Assembly (NCBI GenBank): GCA_963734495.1
Contig: CAVTHK010000001.1
Coordinates: 802,442-866,441, forward strand
Direction: 5' to 3'
DNA length: 64,000 nt
Origin: an uncultured Spirochaetota bacterium
GTDB taxonomy: Bacteria > Spirochaetota > Spirochaetia > SZUA-6 > CAVTHK01
Within the stretch, counting starts at the first letter, position 1; the number at the start of each line of letters is the position of its first letter. The translations under genes were made by a program, and so were the position numbers. Below are positions 1-9,695 of the stretch, piece by piece. A model generated the notes under the pieces. It did not search any database and was not told where the DNA came from. It saw only the letters and a program-made list of their open reading frames with translations.

Positions 1-574
1 CCTTGAGCACTTCGCCGACGCCCGTGATCGTCCCGCCCGTGCCCACGCCGGCGACGAAGAAGTCGACCTCGCCCTCGGTGTCCTTCCATATCTCCTCGGC
101 CGTCGTGCGGCGGTGGATCTCGGGGTTCGCCGGGTTGGCGAACTGCAGCGGCATGAAGGCGTCGCCGATCTCGGCGACCAGCGCCCTCGCCTTCGCGATC
201 GCGCCGTTCATCGCCTTGTGCCCTTCGGTGAGCACGACCTCTGCTCCGAGAGCGGCGAGGAGGCTCCGCCGCTCGATGCTCATGGTGTCCGGCATCGTGA
301 GGATGACGCGGTAGCCTTTGACCGCCGCCACCCAGGCGAGACCGATGCCCGTGTTGCCCGAAGTGGGCTCCACGATGACGGTCGAGGGCTTGAGGCGGCC
401 CGCCTTCTCCGCGGCCTCGATCATGGAGAGCCCGATCCGGTCCTTGACGCTGCCGCCGGGGTTGGCCGATTCGAGCTTGCCGAGGACCGTCGCCTCGACG
501 CCCTTCGTGATCCGGTTGAGGCGCACCAGGGGGGTGCCGCCGACGGCTTCCGTCAGATCCTTGTAGTAGCCCAC
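1..574 (-). CDS. cysK: Cysteine synthase A (runs off the window start)
   Basis: Manual minus-strand translation from GTG 574 (SD GAGGAGG): [56 protein letters not shown]-lysine motif SVKDR. Confidence 0.93.
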   Translation of the reverse strand, partial: MGYYKDLTEAVGGTPLVRLNRITKGVEATVLGKLESANPGGSVKDRIGLSMIEAAEKAGRLKPSTVIVEPTSGNTGIGLAWVAAVKGYRVILTMPDTMSIERRSLLAALGAEVVLTEGHKAMNGAIAKARALVAEIGDAFMPLQFANPANPEIHRRTTAEEIWKDTEGEVDFFVAGVGTGGTITGVGEVLK

Positions 575-661
575 TCGAGACCTCCTCGGTTTGCTGCCGC
601 GGGCGCGCGTCGCCGGCCCGCCTCGCGGCGAATGCGGCGCCCCTGCGGTCGCGCCGCGCGC

Positions 662-1747
662 CTACAGCCTCTCCCGGATCCGCGCCGCGAGCCGCTCGCC
701 GATCTGCTCCATGCCCGCGGGCGAGGGGTGCAGCAGGTCCGCGCTCAGGCCGGCGAAGCCCTCGAGCAGCGACGGGCCCGGCAGGTGCACCACCCGCGGG
801 GAGCGCAGCGATTCGACCTTGGCGCGGACGATTCCGCGGAAGCGGGCGACTTTGTCCGGGTCCAGCCGTTCCTGGCGGCACGGGAACAGGTCTATGCAGA
901 AGACGGGCCTCGCCGGCGCCGCCGCTGCCACGGTCCCCACGAACCGGTCGACGAGGCGCTCGAACTCGTCGGGGCCGATGAACGAGACCAGGTTGATCCC
1001 CAGCTCGAGCGTGGCGAAATCCCAGTCGCCGCGGGCGGCGAGCCAGGCCGCCATCTCAGGCTCCAGCTTTGCTCCACCGCCGAAGCCCATGTTGATCAGG
1101 TCGGCGCCGAGCCGCTGCGCGCATCGCTGCGCGTAGGTGCCCCCGGGCCTGATCGAAACCGACCCGTGCGTGATCGACGAGCCGTACGCCAGGTAACGGC
1201 GCTTCGGCGTCTGATCCGGGCGTGGGAGCTCGACGTCCCCCTCGAAGTCGATGAGCTTGACCGGGGGCCGCCAGGGGAGAAGGACGCGCGTGAGGGACGG
1301 GTCGAACGGAAGCGCCTCTTCGCGCGCCACCTCCGCGAGCATCCGCTGATGCTCGGGCGGGGCCACCGTGACGGTGGTCGGCTCGAGGCCGATGACGTGC
1401 CAGTCCGCGAGAAACGAGCCCTGCCACACCTCGACGATCGCGGTCCTCTGCAGAGCCTTGAGCGTCAGCCGGGCACGGCTTCCCCTGCCGCTTCCCCTGA
1501 GGTTGAAGCGCACCTCGGCGCCCGTGGTCGCCAGGGCCCCGATCTGCCCCCGCGTATGGAGCCCGCGGCGCAGGGCGTCGGGGACCCGGCTGAACCAGAG
1601 CCCTTCCGCCGCCGCTCCCGGGCGGTTCTCCCACGGCAGAACGCCCGGCTCCTCGAGCGCGGCGCGGGCCTCGGGCGCGAGCACGGCGGAGAGGTCCCCC
1701 TCGAGGAGCTCCGCGATGTTGTACAGCTCGGCGCCGCGGTAGACCAT
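662..1747 (-). CDS. SGNH/GDSL hydrolase family protein
   Basis: YGSSITHG block I, NMGFGG, ELGIN, DLLHP catalytic D-x-x-H. Confidence 0.85.
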   Translation of the reverse strand: MVYRGAELYNIAELLEGDLSAVLAPEARAALEEPGVLPWENRPGAAAEGLWFSRVPDALRRGLHTRGQIGALATTGAEVRFNLRGSGRGSRARLTLKALQRTAIVEVWQGSFLADWHVIGLEPTTVTVAPPEHQRMLAEVAREEALPFDPSLTRVLLPWRPPVKLIDFEGDVELPRPDQTPKRRYLAYGSSITHGSVSIRPGGTYAQRCAQRLGADLINMGFGGGAKLEPEMAAWLAARGDWDFATLELGINLVSFIGPDEFERLVDRFVGTVAAAAPARPVFCIDLFPCRQERLDPDKVARFRGIVRAKVESLRSPRVVHLPGPSLLEGFAGLSADLLHPSPAGMEQIGERLAARIRERL

Positions 1748-1766
1748 CCTGGAGACGGCCCCGGCC

Positions 1767-2609
1767 CTATGCGCGCACGAGCGAGCCCTTGGAGCGGGTG
1801 GCCTGCAGCGCGACGGAGGGCCCGGTCCGCTGGATCTGGGCCAGCGAGATGTCGATGCACTCGCGCGCCTCGTCGGGCGTGAGGCAGCCGACGCAGACCA
1901 TGTCCTGCTCGCGCAGCGTGGCCCAGCTGAAAGCGAGCCCCACCAGCGGCAGGAGCCTCCCGGCCGCCAGCGGCTTGATCGTGATCACCGGCTTCTTCGC
2001 GCCCCAGATGACGCGGTGGACCCAGTCCACCTCGACCTGCATGAGGAAGCCGATGGCGTTGTAGATCTGGATGTAGGTCCCGACGTCCAGCCCGCTCTCG
2101 TCGGCGTAGACGATCGCCTCCGGCATGTGGGTCGAGAGCCCGGGGATCATCCCGCGCTCGCGGATCCAGGCGGCGTACCGGTCCATGTCGCGGATGCGCC
2201 GGATCCGGCGGTCGAGCAGGGCGTCGGTCGTGACCTGATGCGGGAGGCAGAGCTCGCAGCCGATCCCGGCGAATGCGTCCAGAGTCCTGCGGATCTCGTC
2301 CTCGGCCTGCGGCGTGCCGGCCAGGTTGAAGTGCGGGATCCCGATCCGGATGCAGTGGCGGCCGGCGCGCTGCTCGGCCTCCTTGACGGCCCGGCTCAGA
2401 TGCTCCGATTCGGGCCGCACGCCGTAGATGGCGTCGGCGCCGGCGCGGAGGAAGACTTCCACGACGTCCGCGAGCCTCTCCGCGCTCTGATGATCCTTGA
2501 TGAAGTCGTCCTTGGCGCGGCTCGTGTGGGAATAGCCAAGGAACCAGTTGGTCCCGATGATGAGCCTCGGGACCGAGAGGCGCTCGATCTGCGTTCTGGG
2601 GAACTCCAC
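1767..2609 (-). CDS. Conserved hypothetical protein (aldo/keto-reductase-like barrel)
   Basis: ORF 1767..2666; better start GTG 2609 with SD GAGGAG and upstream TTGACC-N18-TATACT; PRLIIGTNWFLGYSH, IKPLAAGRL. Confidence 0.6.
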   Translation of the reverse strand: MEFPRTQIERLSVPRLIIGTNWFLGYSHTSRAKDDFIKDHQSAERLADVVEVFLRAGADAIYGVRPESEHLSRAVKEAEQRAGRHCIRIGIPHFNLAGTPQAEDEIRRTLDAFAGIGCELCLPHQVTTDALLDRRIRRIRDMDRYAAWIRERGMIPGLSTHMPEAIVYADESGLDVGTYIQIYNAIGFLMQVEVDWVHRVIWGAKKPVITIKPLAAGRLLPLVGLAFSWATLREQDMVCVGCLTPDEARECIDISLAQIQRTGPSVALQATRSKGSLVRA

Positions 2610-2655
2610 GGGGGTCTCCTCGGATTCGCAGTATAGCGGTCCGCCCCCCGGCAGG

Positions 2656-2982
2656 TCAAAAGGCACCCTGTGTCAGCCCGGCCCTCACCTCGGCGACGCG
2701 CGCCCGCATCAGCGCGACCTCGGGCCCGAGCCCGGTCACGCGTCCGGCCGCGGCGCCCGCCTCGACTGCGGCGGCAGCCCGCGCGATATCCTGGAGCTCC
2801 AGGCCGGCCGCCGCCCCCTTGATCTGGTGCGCGATCCGGCGCGCGGCAGGCCCGTCGCCCGCGGCCAGGCTCCGCTCGAGATCCAGCAGGTCCTTCTCCG
2901 TGACCTCCACGAAGCGCGAAAGGAGGCCCCGCACGCTCTCCACGTCGAACCCCAGATCCCGCGCGAGGCCGGACAAGTCCAT
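2656..2982 (-). CDS. Hpt (histidine phosphotransfer) domain protein
   Basis: Helical ~108 aa from ATG 2982 with AHQIKGAAAGLE Hpt signature. Confidence 0.85.
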   Translation of the reverse strand: MDLSGLARDLGFDVESVRGLLSRFVEVTEKDLLDLERSLAAGDGPAARRIAHQIKGAAAGLELQDIARAAAAVEAGAAAGRVTGLGPEVALMRARVAEVRAGLTQGAF

Positions 2983-3106
2983 ATGACTGCACGATAGACC
3001 GGGCCGGGGTGCGAAGCAACCTGATGAGTACATCAGGCAGACGCCGCGCGCCGGGGGCAGCGGCCGGCCGGCTGGTCCGCCCGCCGGGGCGGGCTATATT
3101 CGTTAC

Positions 3107-3616
3107 GTGAGATTCCTCTCCGTAGTGATGGCAGCCCTCTCCCTCCTCGCCTGGCCCGCGCACGCCCGCGGGTCCAGGGAAACGGGAACGGTCCCGGAGG
3201 GCCGCGTTCTCCTCGTCTACCCCCTGGGCGCAGAGCCCGACCGGATGGTCCGCGAGCGGCTCGATCTTCCCGACTCGGCCTCGGCGCTCTTCTGGTCGAG
3301 CTACCGTGTCGAAGGCGGCCGCTTGTCCATCGAGCGGTCCGGCGCATACTCCCTGCCGCGCCTGGTCTCGCGGCGGGAGGACGGTCCGTTCGCCGTATAC
3401 GAGTACCGCGTCTCCATGACCCCCGCGGACAAGGGGCGGCGCCGGATCGAGGTGAGTTTCACCGTCGAAGACGCCAGGTCTGCGGGCCTCCAGCCCGCCC
3501 CCTTCGCGGTGCGCGAAGGAGTGCATCAGGGCGGGGCTGCTTCCGGCTCGGTCCGGCTCGTCGAAATCGATCACGACGGCAGGTCGCGTTTCCGGGCGAT
3601 CGTCGAGCTGAACTAG
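3107..3616 (+). CDS. Hypothetical exported protein
   Basis: Signal-peptide-like N-terminus (MRFLSVVMAALSLLAWPAHA); TATATT box 6 nt upstream of GTG. Confidence 0.6.
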   Translation: MRFLSVVMAALSLLAWPAHARGSRETGTVPEGRVLLVYPLGAEPDRMVRERLDLPDSASALFWSSYRVEGGRLSIERSGAYSLPRLVSRREDGPFAVYEYRVSMTPADKGRRRIEVSFTVEDARSAGLQPAPFAVREGVHQGGAASGSVRLVEIDHDGRSRFRAIVELN

Positions 3617-3664
3617 CCAGCCCCCCCGGGCGGCCCCTCGCCACCCCGGCCGGGCCGTTGTATC

Positions 3665-4570
3665 ATGGCGAACATGACGCGCCGCCGGTTCCTGAAGCTG
3701 ACCCTGGGAGCAGCCGCCTTCGCGGCCGCGGCCCCGCGCCTGTTCCCGCGCGGCCTGGACACCTGGGACGTCGGGATCGCGGTGGACGCCGACTACGAGC
3801 GCGCGGTCCGCAGGGCGGTGGAGCTGGTCGGCGGCATCCGCAGCTTCGTCAAGCGCGGCGACACGGTGACGGTCAAGCCGAACATCGGATGGAACTCGAC
3901 TCCTGAGCTGCACGCGTGCACGCACCCCCTCGTCGTGCGGACGGTGGTCGCGCTCTGCTTCGAGGCGGGGGCCTCGAAGGTCTACGTGTTCGACCGCCCG
4001 GTGAACAACCCCGAGCTCACCTACGTCACCTCCGGCATCGCGGCCGCGGCCCGTGAGGCGGGGGCCCGGGTGGAGCAGCCGGGCCGGATCGACGAGTCGC
4101 GCTATCGGAAGATCAAGGTGCAGGGCGGCACGTACCTCAAGGAGACGCTGGTCGCGAAGCGCCTGCTCGAGAGCGACGTCATGATCAACGTGCCTGTCGC
4201 CAAGCATCATTCCTCCTCCGGGCTCACGATCGGCATGAAGAACCTGATGGGTGTCACCGGCGACGACCGCTCGCGCTGGCACTGGCAGCTCCACGAGGCG
4301 ATCGCGGACATCAACCTCGCTGTCAGGAGCCACCTCACGGTCGTCGACGCCACATGGATCATGCGCCGCGGCGGGCCCACGGGTGGAAGCCTCTCCTTTC
4401 TCGAGCGGAAGGACATGGTGATCGCGTCGACGAACGTGGTCTCGGCGGACGCCGAGGCGGCGGCGCTGTTCGGCGTGCAGCCCGCGGGCATCGCCCACCT
4501 CAAGCTCGCCGAGGCCAAAGGGATCGGCCGCCTCTCGGGCTACAGCGTCGGGAGGGCGATCGGCGCGTGA
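3665..4570 (+). CDS. DUF362 domain protein with Tat signal
   Basis: TRRRFLK twin-Arg motif; VKPNIGW, THPLVV, INVPVAKHH, GMKNLMG motifs. Confidence 0.88.
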   Translation: MANMTRRRFLKLTLGAAAFAAAAPRLFPRGLDTWDVGIAVDADYERAVRRAVELVGGIRSFVKRGDTVTVKPNIGWNSTPELHACTHPLVVRTVVALCFEAGASKVYVFDRPVNNPELTYVTSGIAAAAREAGARVEQPGRIDESRYRKIKVQGGTYLKETLVAKRLLESDVMINVPVAKHHSSSGLTIGMKNLMGVTGDDRSRWHWQLHEAIADINLAVRSHLTVVDATWIMRRGGPTGGSLSFLERKDMVIASTNVVSADAEAAALFGVQPAGIAHLKLAEAKGIGRLSGYSVGRAIGA

Positions 4571-5952
4571 CCGCCCGGACAGCGAAGAGGCTCAAGGCCC
4601 TGCGCATCGGTTCGCAGGCGCTCTTTGCGGCCGCCTTCGTCCTCACGTACCTGATCTCGCTCGACCCGTTCGCGGCCTCGGAGAACTTCTTCCTCAGGTC
4701 GGACCCTCTCGTCTTCCTCACCCATATGAAGGTCGAGCCCGCGGCGCTGGCGCTCATGATCGCCCTGCTCGCCGCCGCCGCGCTCGCCGGGCGCGTGTTC
4801 TGCGGCTGGATCTGTCCGCTCGGCGGCCTGATCGACCTGCTCGACCTCGCGGCCTCGCCGCTGCGCGCCCTCGCGCGCCGGCTCCTCGCCCGCGGGCGAC
4901 CGGCGGCCGGCCGGCCGCTCCCGCGCCTGACGGACCTGCCGCCGTCGGTGTTCCTGCTGGGCCTGCTCGTGCCCTCGCTGTTCCTCGCGCCTCCCGTGCT
5001 GCAGTTCCTCCACCCGAACGTCTGGGCCGTGCGCATCGTCTCGCTCACCGGGCCCGGCCTCGCGTTCGCCGGGCTGCTCGCGCTCGCGAGCCTGTGGGAC
5101 CGCCGGCTCTGGTGCCGGTTCGTCTGCCCGCTCGGCGCCCTCTACGGCCTCGCCGGCCGCCTCGCGCCGCTGCGCCTGCGCATCGCCGCGTGCAGCTCCT
5201 GCGGCAGGTGCGACCGCTGCCCGATGGGCGCCGCGGACGCGCGGGCGCGCGTCACGCTCGCGCACCAGTGCATCCTCTGCTTCGACTACGAGCACCGCTG
5301 CCCGACGGAGGGCTTCCGCTTCGGCCGCGCGCCCGCGCCCGCGGCGGCGCCCGACCCCGGCCGCCGCGAGTTCCTGCGGCAGGCGGGCCTGCTCGCGGCA
5401 GGCGCCGTTGCCGCGGGCCTCGTCGGCTTTCCGCGGCCGCGCGTGTCGACGCCGCTGCTGCGGCCGCCGGGCGTCGTCGACGAGACGCGTTTCGTCGAGC
5501 GTTGCCTCCGCTGCCTGCAGTGCGTGCGCTCGTGTCCCAACGGCATCATCAAGCCCACGGGGTTTGAAGCCGGCGCGGCGAGCCTGATGACGCCTCACCT
5601 CGAGTTCGGGGAGTACGGCTGCGACTATCTCTGCCAGGTCTGCCAGCGCGTCTGCCCCAACTTCGCCATCCCGCTGCAGACGCTCGCCGAGAAGCAGCTC
5701 ACTCCGATCGGCAGGGCGGCGATCGCGGAAAAGGACTGCGTCGTGTTCCGCGACCGCATCAACTGCCTCGTGTGCGAGGAGGTCTGTCCGGTTCCCGGCA
5801 AGGCGATCGGCATCCGCGAGGAGGCCGCCGCCGGCGGCCGGGAAGCGGCGCTCCGCTACCCGGTGATGCGCGAGGAGCGGTGCAACGGGTGCGGCATCTG
5901 CGAGGCCGCCTGCCCCGCGACGCCGCTGGCGATCAGGGTGCGCAAGGTCTGA
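4567..5952 (+). CDS. Membrane polyferredoxin (NapH/MauN-like fused to NapG/MauM-like)
   Basis: GTG overlaps the DUF362 stop; FCGWICPLG, WCRFVCPLG, LRPPG, multiple CxxCxxCxxxCP. Confidence 0.85.
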   Translation: MTARTAKRLKALRIGSQALFAAAFVLTYLISLDPFAASENFFLRSDPLVFLTHMKVEPAALALMIALLAAAALAGRVFCGWICPLGGLIDLLDLAASPLRALARRLLARGRPAAGRPLPRLTDLPPSVFLLGLLVPSLFLAPPVLQFLHPNVWAVRIVSLTGPGLAFAGLLALASLWDRRLWCRFVCPLGALYGLAGRLAPLRLRIAACSSCGRCDRCPMGAADARARVTLAHQCILCFDYEHRCPTEGFRFGRAPAPAAAPDPGRREFLRQAGLLAAGAVAAGLVGFPRPRVSTPLLRPPGVVDETRFVERCLRCLQCVRSCPNGIIKPTGFEAGAASLMTPHLEFGEYGCDYLCQVCQRVCPNFAIPLQTLAEKQLTPIGRAAIAEKDCVVFRDRINCLVCEEVCPVPGKAIGIREEAAAGGREAALRYPVMREERCNGCGICEAACPATPLAIRVRKV

Positions 5953-6098
5953 AGCGGCCCCTGCGGCCTTCGGCCGCGGCCGGGCCGGACCGCGCCGCAC
6001 CCCCGCCGCTATCCTGCCCCGGCGAACGTTAGTAATTTTGGCACGTACGCGGCGCCGCGTGATGCAAAGAGGGACGGCCGCAGCGGCGCGCGGACGGC

Positions 6099-6653
6099 AT
6101 GGCGGGGGAAGCGATGGTCAAGGATCTCACCGGGACCGAGGTGGCCACCCTGGGCGGCGGCTGCTTCTGGTGCACCGAAGCGGTTTACGAGCGGCTCGAC
6201 GGCGTCGTCGACGTCGTCTCCGGCTACTCCGGCGGAAAGACGAAGGACCCGACCTACGAGGAGGTCTGTTCCGGCCGCACCGGGCACGCCGAAGTCGTGC
6301 AGGTCCATTTCGATCCGAAGAGGATCAGCTACGAGAAGATCCTGCAGGAGTTCTGGCACGCCCACGACCCGACGTCGCTGAACCGGCAGGGCGCCGACGT
6401 CGGCACGCAGTACAGGTCGATCATCCTCTATCACGACGAGGGCCAGCGGCAGATCGCCGAGAAGAGCAAGGCCGAGGCGGCCAAGGGCCGCTCGCGGCCG
6501 ATCGTCACGGAGATCACGCCGTTCCAGGCGTTCTACGCGGCCGAGGACTATCACCAGGACTACTACGAGAAGAACCCCTCGGCCGGCTACTGCGCCTTCG
6601 TCATCCGGCCCAAGCTCGACAAGCTCGACCTCCCCACGCGGCCGGTCAGGTGA
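6099..6653 (+). CDS. msrA: Peptide methionine sulfoxide reductase A
   Basis: GGGCFWCTE, GHAEVV, RQGADVGTQYRS, AEDYHQDYY. Confidence 0.95.
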   Translation: MAGEAMVKDLTGTEVATLGGGCFWCTEAVYERLDGVVDVVSGYSGGKTKDPTYEEVCSGRTGHAEVVQVHFDPKRISYEKILQEFWHAHDPTSLNRQGADVGTQYRSIILYHDEGQRQIAEKSKAEAAKGRSRPIVTEITPFQAFYAAEDYHQDYYEKNPSAGYCAFVIRPKLDKLDLPTRPVR

Positions 6654-6659
6654 CCGACC

Positions 6660-7136
6660 CTACGCCGGACTGGCGCCCGGCGGCTCCGTGAGGTCGGCCA
6701 TCCGGCCGCCGCTGATCTCCTCGAGCTGGGCGATGGTCATCGGCACGCCTGAGCCGTCGGTCCCCGCCGCGGGGTAGACGGTGGGCCAGCGGTCCAGGTG
6801 CCGGTCGATGAGCACATCGACGCCCTCGACGCCGAACGGGCACACGCCTCCCGGCGGGAAGCCCGTGACCGCCACCGTCTCCTCCGCGGTGGCCATGCGC
6901 GTCTTGACGCCGACGGCGGCCTTGAGCTTGGCATTGGTGACCCTGCGGTCGCCCGGGCACAGGACCATGTAGTAGCGGTCGTCCTTCCCCTTGAAGAGGA
7001 GGCTCTTGGCGATCTGGCCGACCTCGACGCCGAGCGCGGCCGCGGCCATGGGGGCGGTCGGGGTCGTGCCTTGCGCGAACTCGATCGCGGCCAGCCCGTG
7101 CCGCGCCAGGATGGACCTCACTCTGTCGGGGATCAT
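6660..7136 (-). CDS. YbaK/EbsC aminoacyl-tRNA deacylase family
   Basis: GQIAKSLLF, TGFPPGGVCPFG, YPAAG; SD GAGGAGG. Confidence 0.9.
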   Translation of the reverse strand: MIPDRVRSILARHGLAAIEFAQGTTPTAPMAAAALGVEVGQIAKSLLFKGKDDRYYMVLCPGDRRVTNAKLKAAVGVKTRMATAEETVAVTGFPPGGVCPFGVEGVDVLIDRHLDRWPTVYPAAGTDGSGVPMTIAQLEEISGGRMADLTEPPGASPA

Positions 7137-7269
7137 GCCCGCCTCCTCGCGGCCTGAAGCTTACGGGAGACGAGGCGGCCGCGTAAAGCGCGCATGGCGC
7201 GCCCGGCCTCGCCGTCACGCTGTTGAAACACAGCCCCCGATGGGGTAAACCTAGAAACGGTACGACAGC

Positions 7270-7824
7270 ATGGCCGACTCCCTGGACAGCATCCCGCCGC
7301 CCCTTCAGGCTCACCTGCGCCAGGTGGCGCGCAGCGCCGGGCTCCCCGACTGCGAGGAGACCCACGGCGCGCTCGCCCGCGCGTGGCTCGAGAAGAGGGC
7401 CGGGTTCCAGGAGCAGGTGCGGCAGTTCGCGATGGAAGAAGTCGACCGCATCGAAGCGGACGACGAGCGGGGCTTTCTCGTGATGACCTACTCGGGCTCG
7501 CTCCTGAAAGTCGGACCTCTTGTCGAAGGCGCCCGCCGGGTGGAATACACGAGCATCGGTCTTCGCACGAACGTCCCCGACGCAGCCAGCGCGGCGGGCT
7601 CGGGCCTCGACGGCGGCGTTTCGACCGGCGGCGTGGTCAACCTGAAGCATGGCCCCATCCGCTCGACCTCGCAGGTGTTCAAGATCGCCGTCTTCACCAA
7701 CCCGCTCGGCGTCGCGGAGCAGGAGCGGCGTCTTTCGCTCCTCACCGACATCCTCGCGCGCGAGTTCGCCAGGTCGAACAACGCGCTCTCGCTCAAGCCC
7801 GGCGGGAGGGCAGCGGGGCGGTGA
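7270..7824 (+). CDS. Hypothetical protein, translationally coupled to the Ser/Thr kinase
   Basis: 184 aa ORF with normal codon usage; stop overlaps kinase GTG (GTGA). Confidence 0.65.
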   Translation: MADSLDSIPPPLQAHLRQVARSAGLPDCEETHGALARAWLEKRAGFQEQVRQFAMEEVDRIEADDERGFLVMTYSGSLLKVGPLVEGARRVEYTSIGLRTNVPDAASAAGSGLDGGVSTGGVVNLKHGPIRSTSQVFKIAVFTNPLGVAEQERRLSLLTDILAREFARSNNALSLKPGGRAAGR

Positions 7825-9665
7825 GCCGGATCCCTCAGCACATCGACAAGTACCGCATCCTCGAGCAGGTCGCCGAAGGCGGCATGGGCGTCATCTACAA
7901 GGCGGAGCATCCCACCCTCGGCAGGCCCGTGATCCTCAAGCGCCTCACGCTCGCGGGCGGCGAGGGCGCCGCGGCCCGTTTCCGCCGCGAGGCGCGGATC
8001 ATGATGAGCTTCCGCAACGACGCGATCGTCGACGTGCACGACCACTTCCGCGCCGGCTCCTCGTGGTACATCGTCATGGAGTACGTGGACGGCGTGTCGC
8101 TCGACGCGCTGATCCGCGGCCGGGGCGCGCTGCCGAGCGAGGCGGCGCTGCTGATCCTGCTCGAGTGCGCCAGGGCGCTCAAGTACGCCCACGACAAGGG
8201 CGTCGTTCACCGCGACGTCAAGCCGAGCAACATCCTCATCTCGCGCAAGGGCGAGGTGAAGCTCACGGATTTCGGCATCGCGACGGCCCGCGACGACGAG
8301 GGCTCGACCGCGCTCACCTCGACGGGGGTCACCCTGGGCACCGTGGCCTACATGTCGCCCGAGCAGATCGAAAGCTCCCGCGACGTGGACAAGCGCTCCG
8401 ACATCTACTCGCTCGGCGTCATGCTCTACGAGATGGTCACGGGGAAGGCTCCCTTTCCCGGCAGCTTCACGCCGCAGACGCTCGCGATGATCCAGCGGGG
8501 GAAGTTCAAGCCCGTCGGCAGGGCGAACCCGCGCGTCCTGCCGCTCGTGAAGAAGGTCATCCGCCGCACGATCCGCCCCTCGCCGCGGAAGCGCTTCCAG
8601 GACCTCGGCGTGCTGCTGCGCCTGCTCGAGCGGGGGCTGCGGTTCACGGACGGCCCGGGCGTGCAGCGGGCGCTCGAGGCGTGGCTCGACGGCAAGGGGC
8701 CCGGCAGCGTCACCCGCAGGCTGAGCCCGGGCATCCCGGCCGCGGCCGCTCTCGCGGGACTGGCCGCGATCGCGGCGGGAGGGTTTGCCGCTTACCGCGA
8801 GGGCCTCGCGCAGGAGCTGCTGCTTTCGGGGAGCTACGGCGCCCTCACCGTCGAGGTCGCCGGCGCGACGGTCGCGAAGCCTCGCGTCACCGTCTACCGC
8901 GGCGACTCCGGGGAGCCGGCCGCCGTGGTGGGGCTCGAGGGGCGCGACGGGGGCTGGCGCTCGCGGCGGGTCTACCTCCCGGCCGGCTCCTACCGCGCCT
9001 CGGTCGAGGCCGACGGGCTGCTCGCGTGGTACGGCTTCCTGCTCGAGCCGCGTGAGCTGCAGCGCAAGAGCCCGGCGACGAGCGACGGGTACCGGCTCGA
9101 GGTCGGCGCTTCGGACGCGCTCGCTTCGCTGCGGCTGCCCGTGGCGGTCGTCTTCCGCGTCGTCGACCTGCTCGACGGTTCGGATCTCACCGCGGGGACG
9201 ACCGTCGACGTCAAGATCGGCGACGGCTGGAGCCCGCTCACGCGCGAGAGCCTCACCCGCGTCGTGACCGGCTCGTCCTACGAGTTCCGCTTCGAGAGGC
9301 CGGACTACTACCCGCTCACCAGCAAGGTGCGGATCGCGCCTCACGAGGCGCTGCTGCGCCTGGAGGCCGCGCTCGCGCCGGCCCCGGCATCGGTCAGGAT
9401 CGCGACGACCCTCGCGGGCCTGCGGCTGCGCATCGACGGCTCGTCCCGGTACCTGAGCGCGGAGCGGGTCCCCGTCTACCGGGATCTCGCCTCCTCCGAT
9501 GCCGCCTCGCGGGAGCTGCTGGTGGTCCCCGGCGCGCACCGCGTCAGCGCGGAGCGCGGCGACCTCGGCAACGCGGCCCTGGACGTTTCCGTGCAGTCCG
9601 GCGAGCGGACGACGATCACGATCGAGGCCGTGGGCGGAAAGCTCGCGCTCCGCCGCTTCCCGTAG
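7821..9665 (+). CDS. Hanks-type Ser/Thr protein kinase with TM helix and extracellular beta-rich (PEGA-like) region
   Basis: AEGGMGVIY, HRDVKPSN, DFG, GTVAYMSPEQ, DIYSLG; hydrophobic segment after the kinase domain. Confidence 0.92.
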   Translation: MSRIPQHIDKYRILEQVAEGGMGVIYKAEHPTLGRPVILKRLTLAGGEGAAARFRREARIMMSFRNDAIVDVHDHFRAGSSWYIVMEYVDGVSLDALIRGRGALPSEAALLILLECARALKYAHDKGVVHRDVKPSNILISRKGEVKLTDFGIATARDDEGSTALTSTGVTLGTVAYMSPEQIESSRDVDKRSDIYSLGVMLYEMVTGKAPFPGSFTPQTLAMIQRGKFKPVGRANPRVLPLVKKVIRRTIRPSPRKRFQDLGVLLRLLERGLRFTDGPGVQRALEAWLDGKGPGSVTRRLSPGIPAAAALAGLAAIAAGGFAAYREGLAQELLLSGSYGALTVEVAGATVAKPRVTVYRGDSGEPAAVVGLEGRDGGWRSRRVYLPAGSYRASVEADGLLAWYGFLLEPRELQRKSPATSDGYRLEVGASDALASLRLPVAVVFRVVDLLDGSDLTAGTTVDVKIGDGWSPLTRESLTRVVTGSSYEFRFERPDYYPLTSKVRIAPHEALLRLEAALAPAPASVRIATTLAGLRLRIDGSSRYLSAERVPVYRDLASSDAASRELLVVPGAHRVSAERGDLGNAALDVSVQSGERTTITIEAVGGKLALRRFP

Positions 9666-9695
9666 CCGGCCGCGGCGCGCCGACCTTCAATTCTA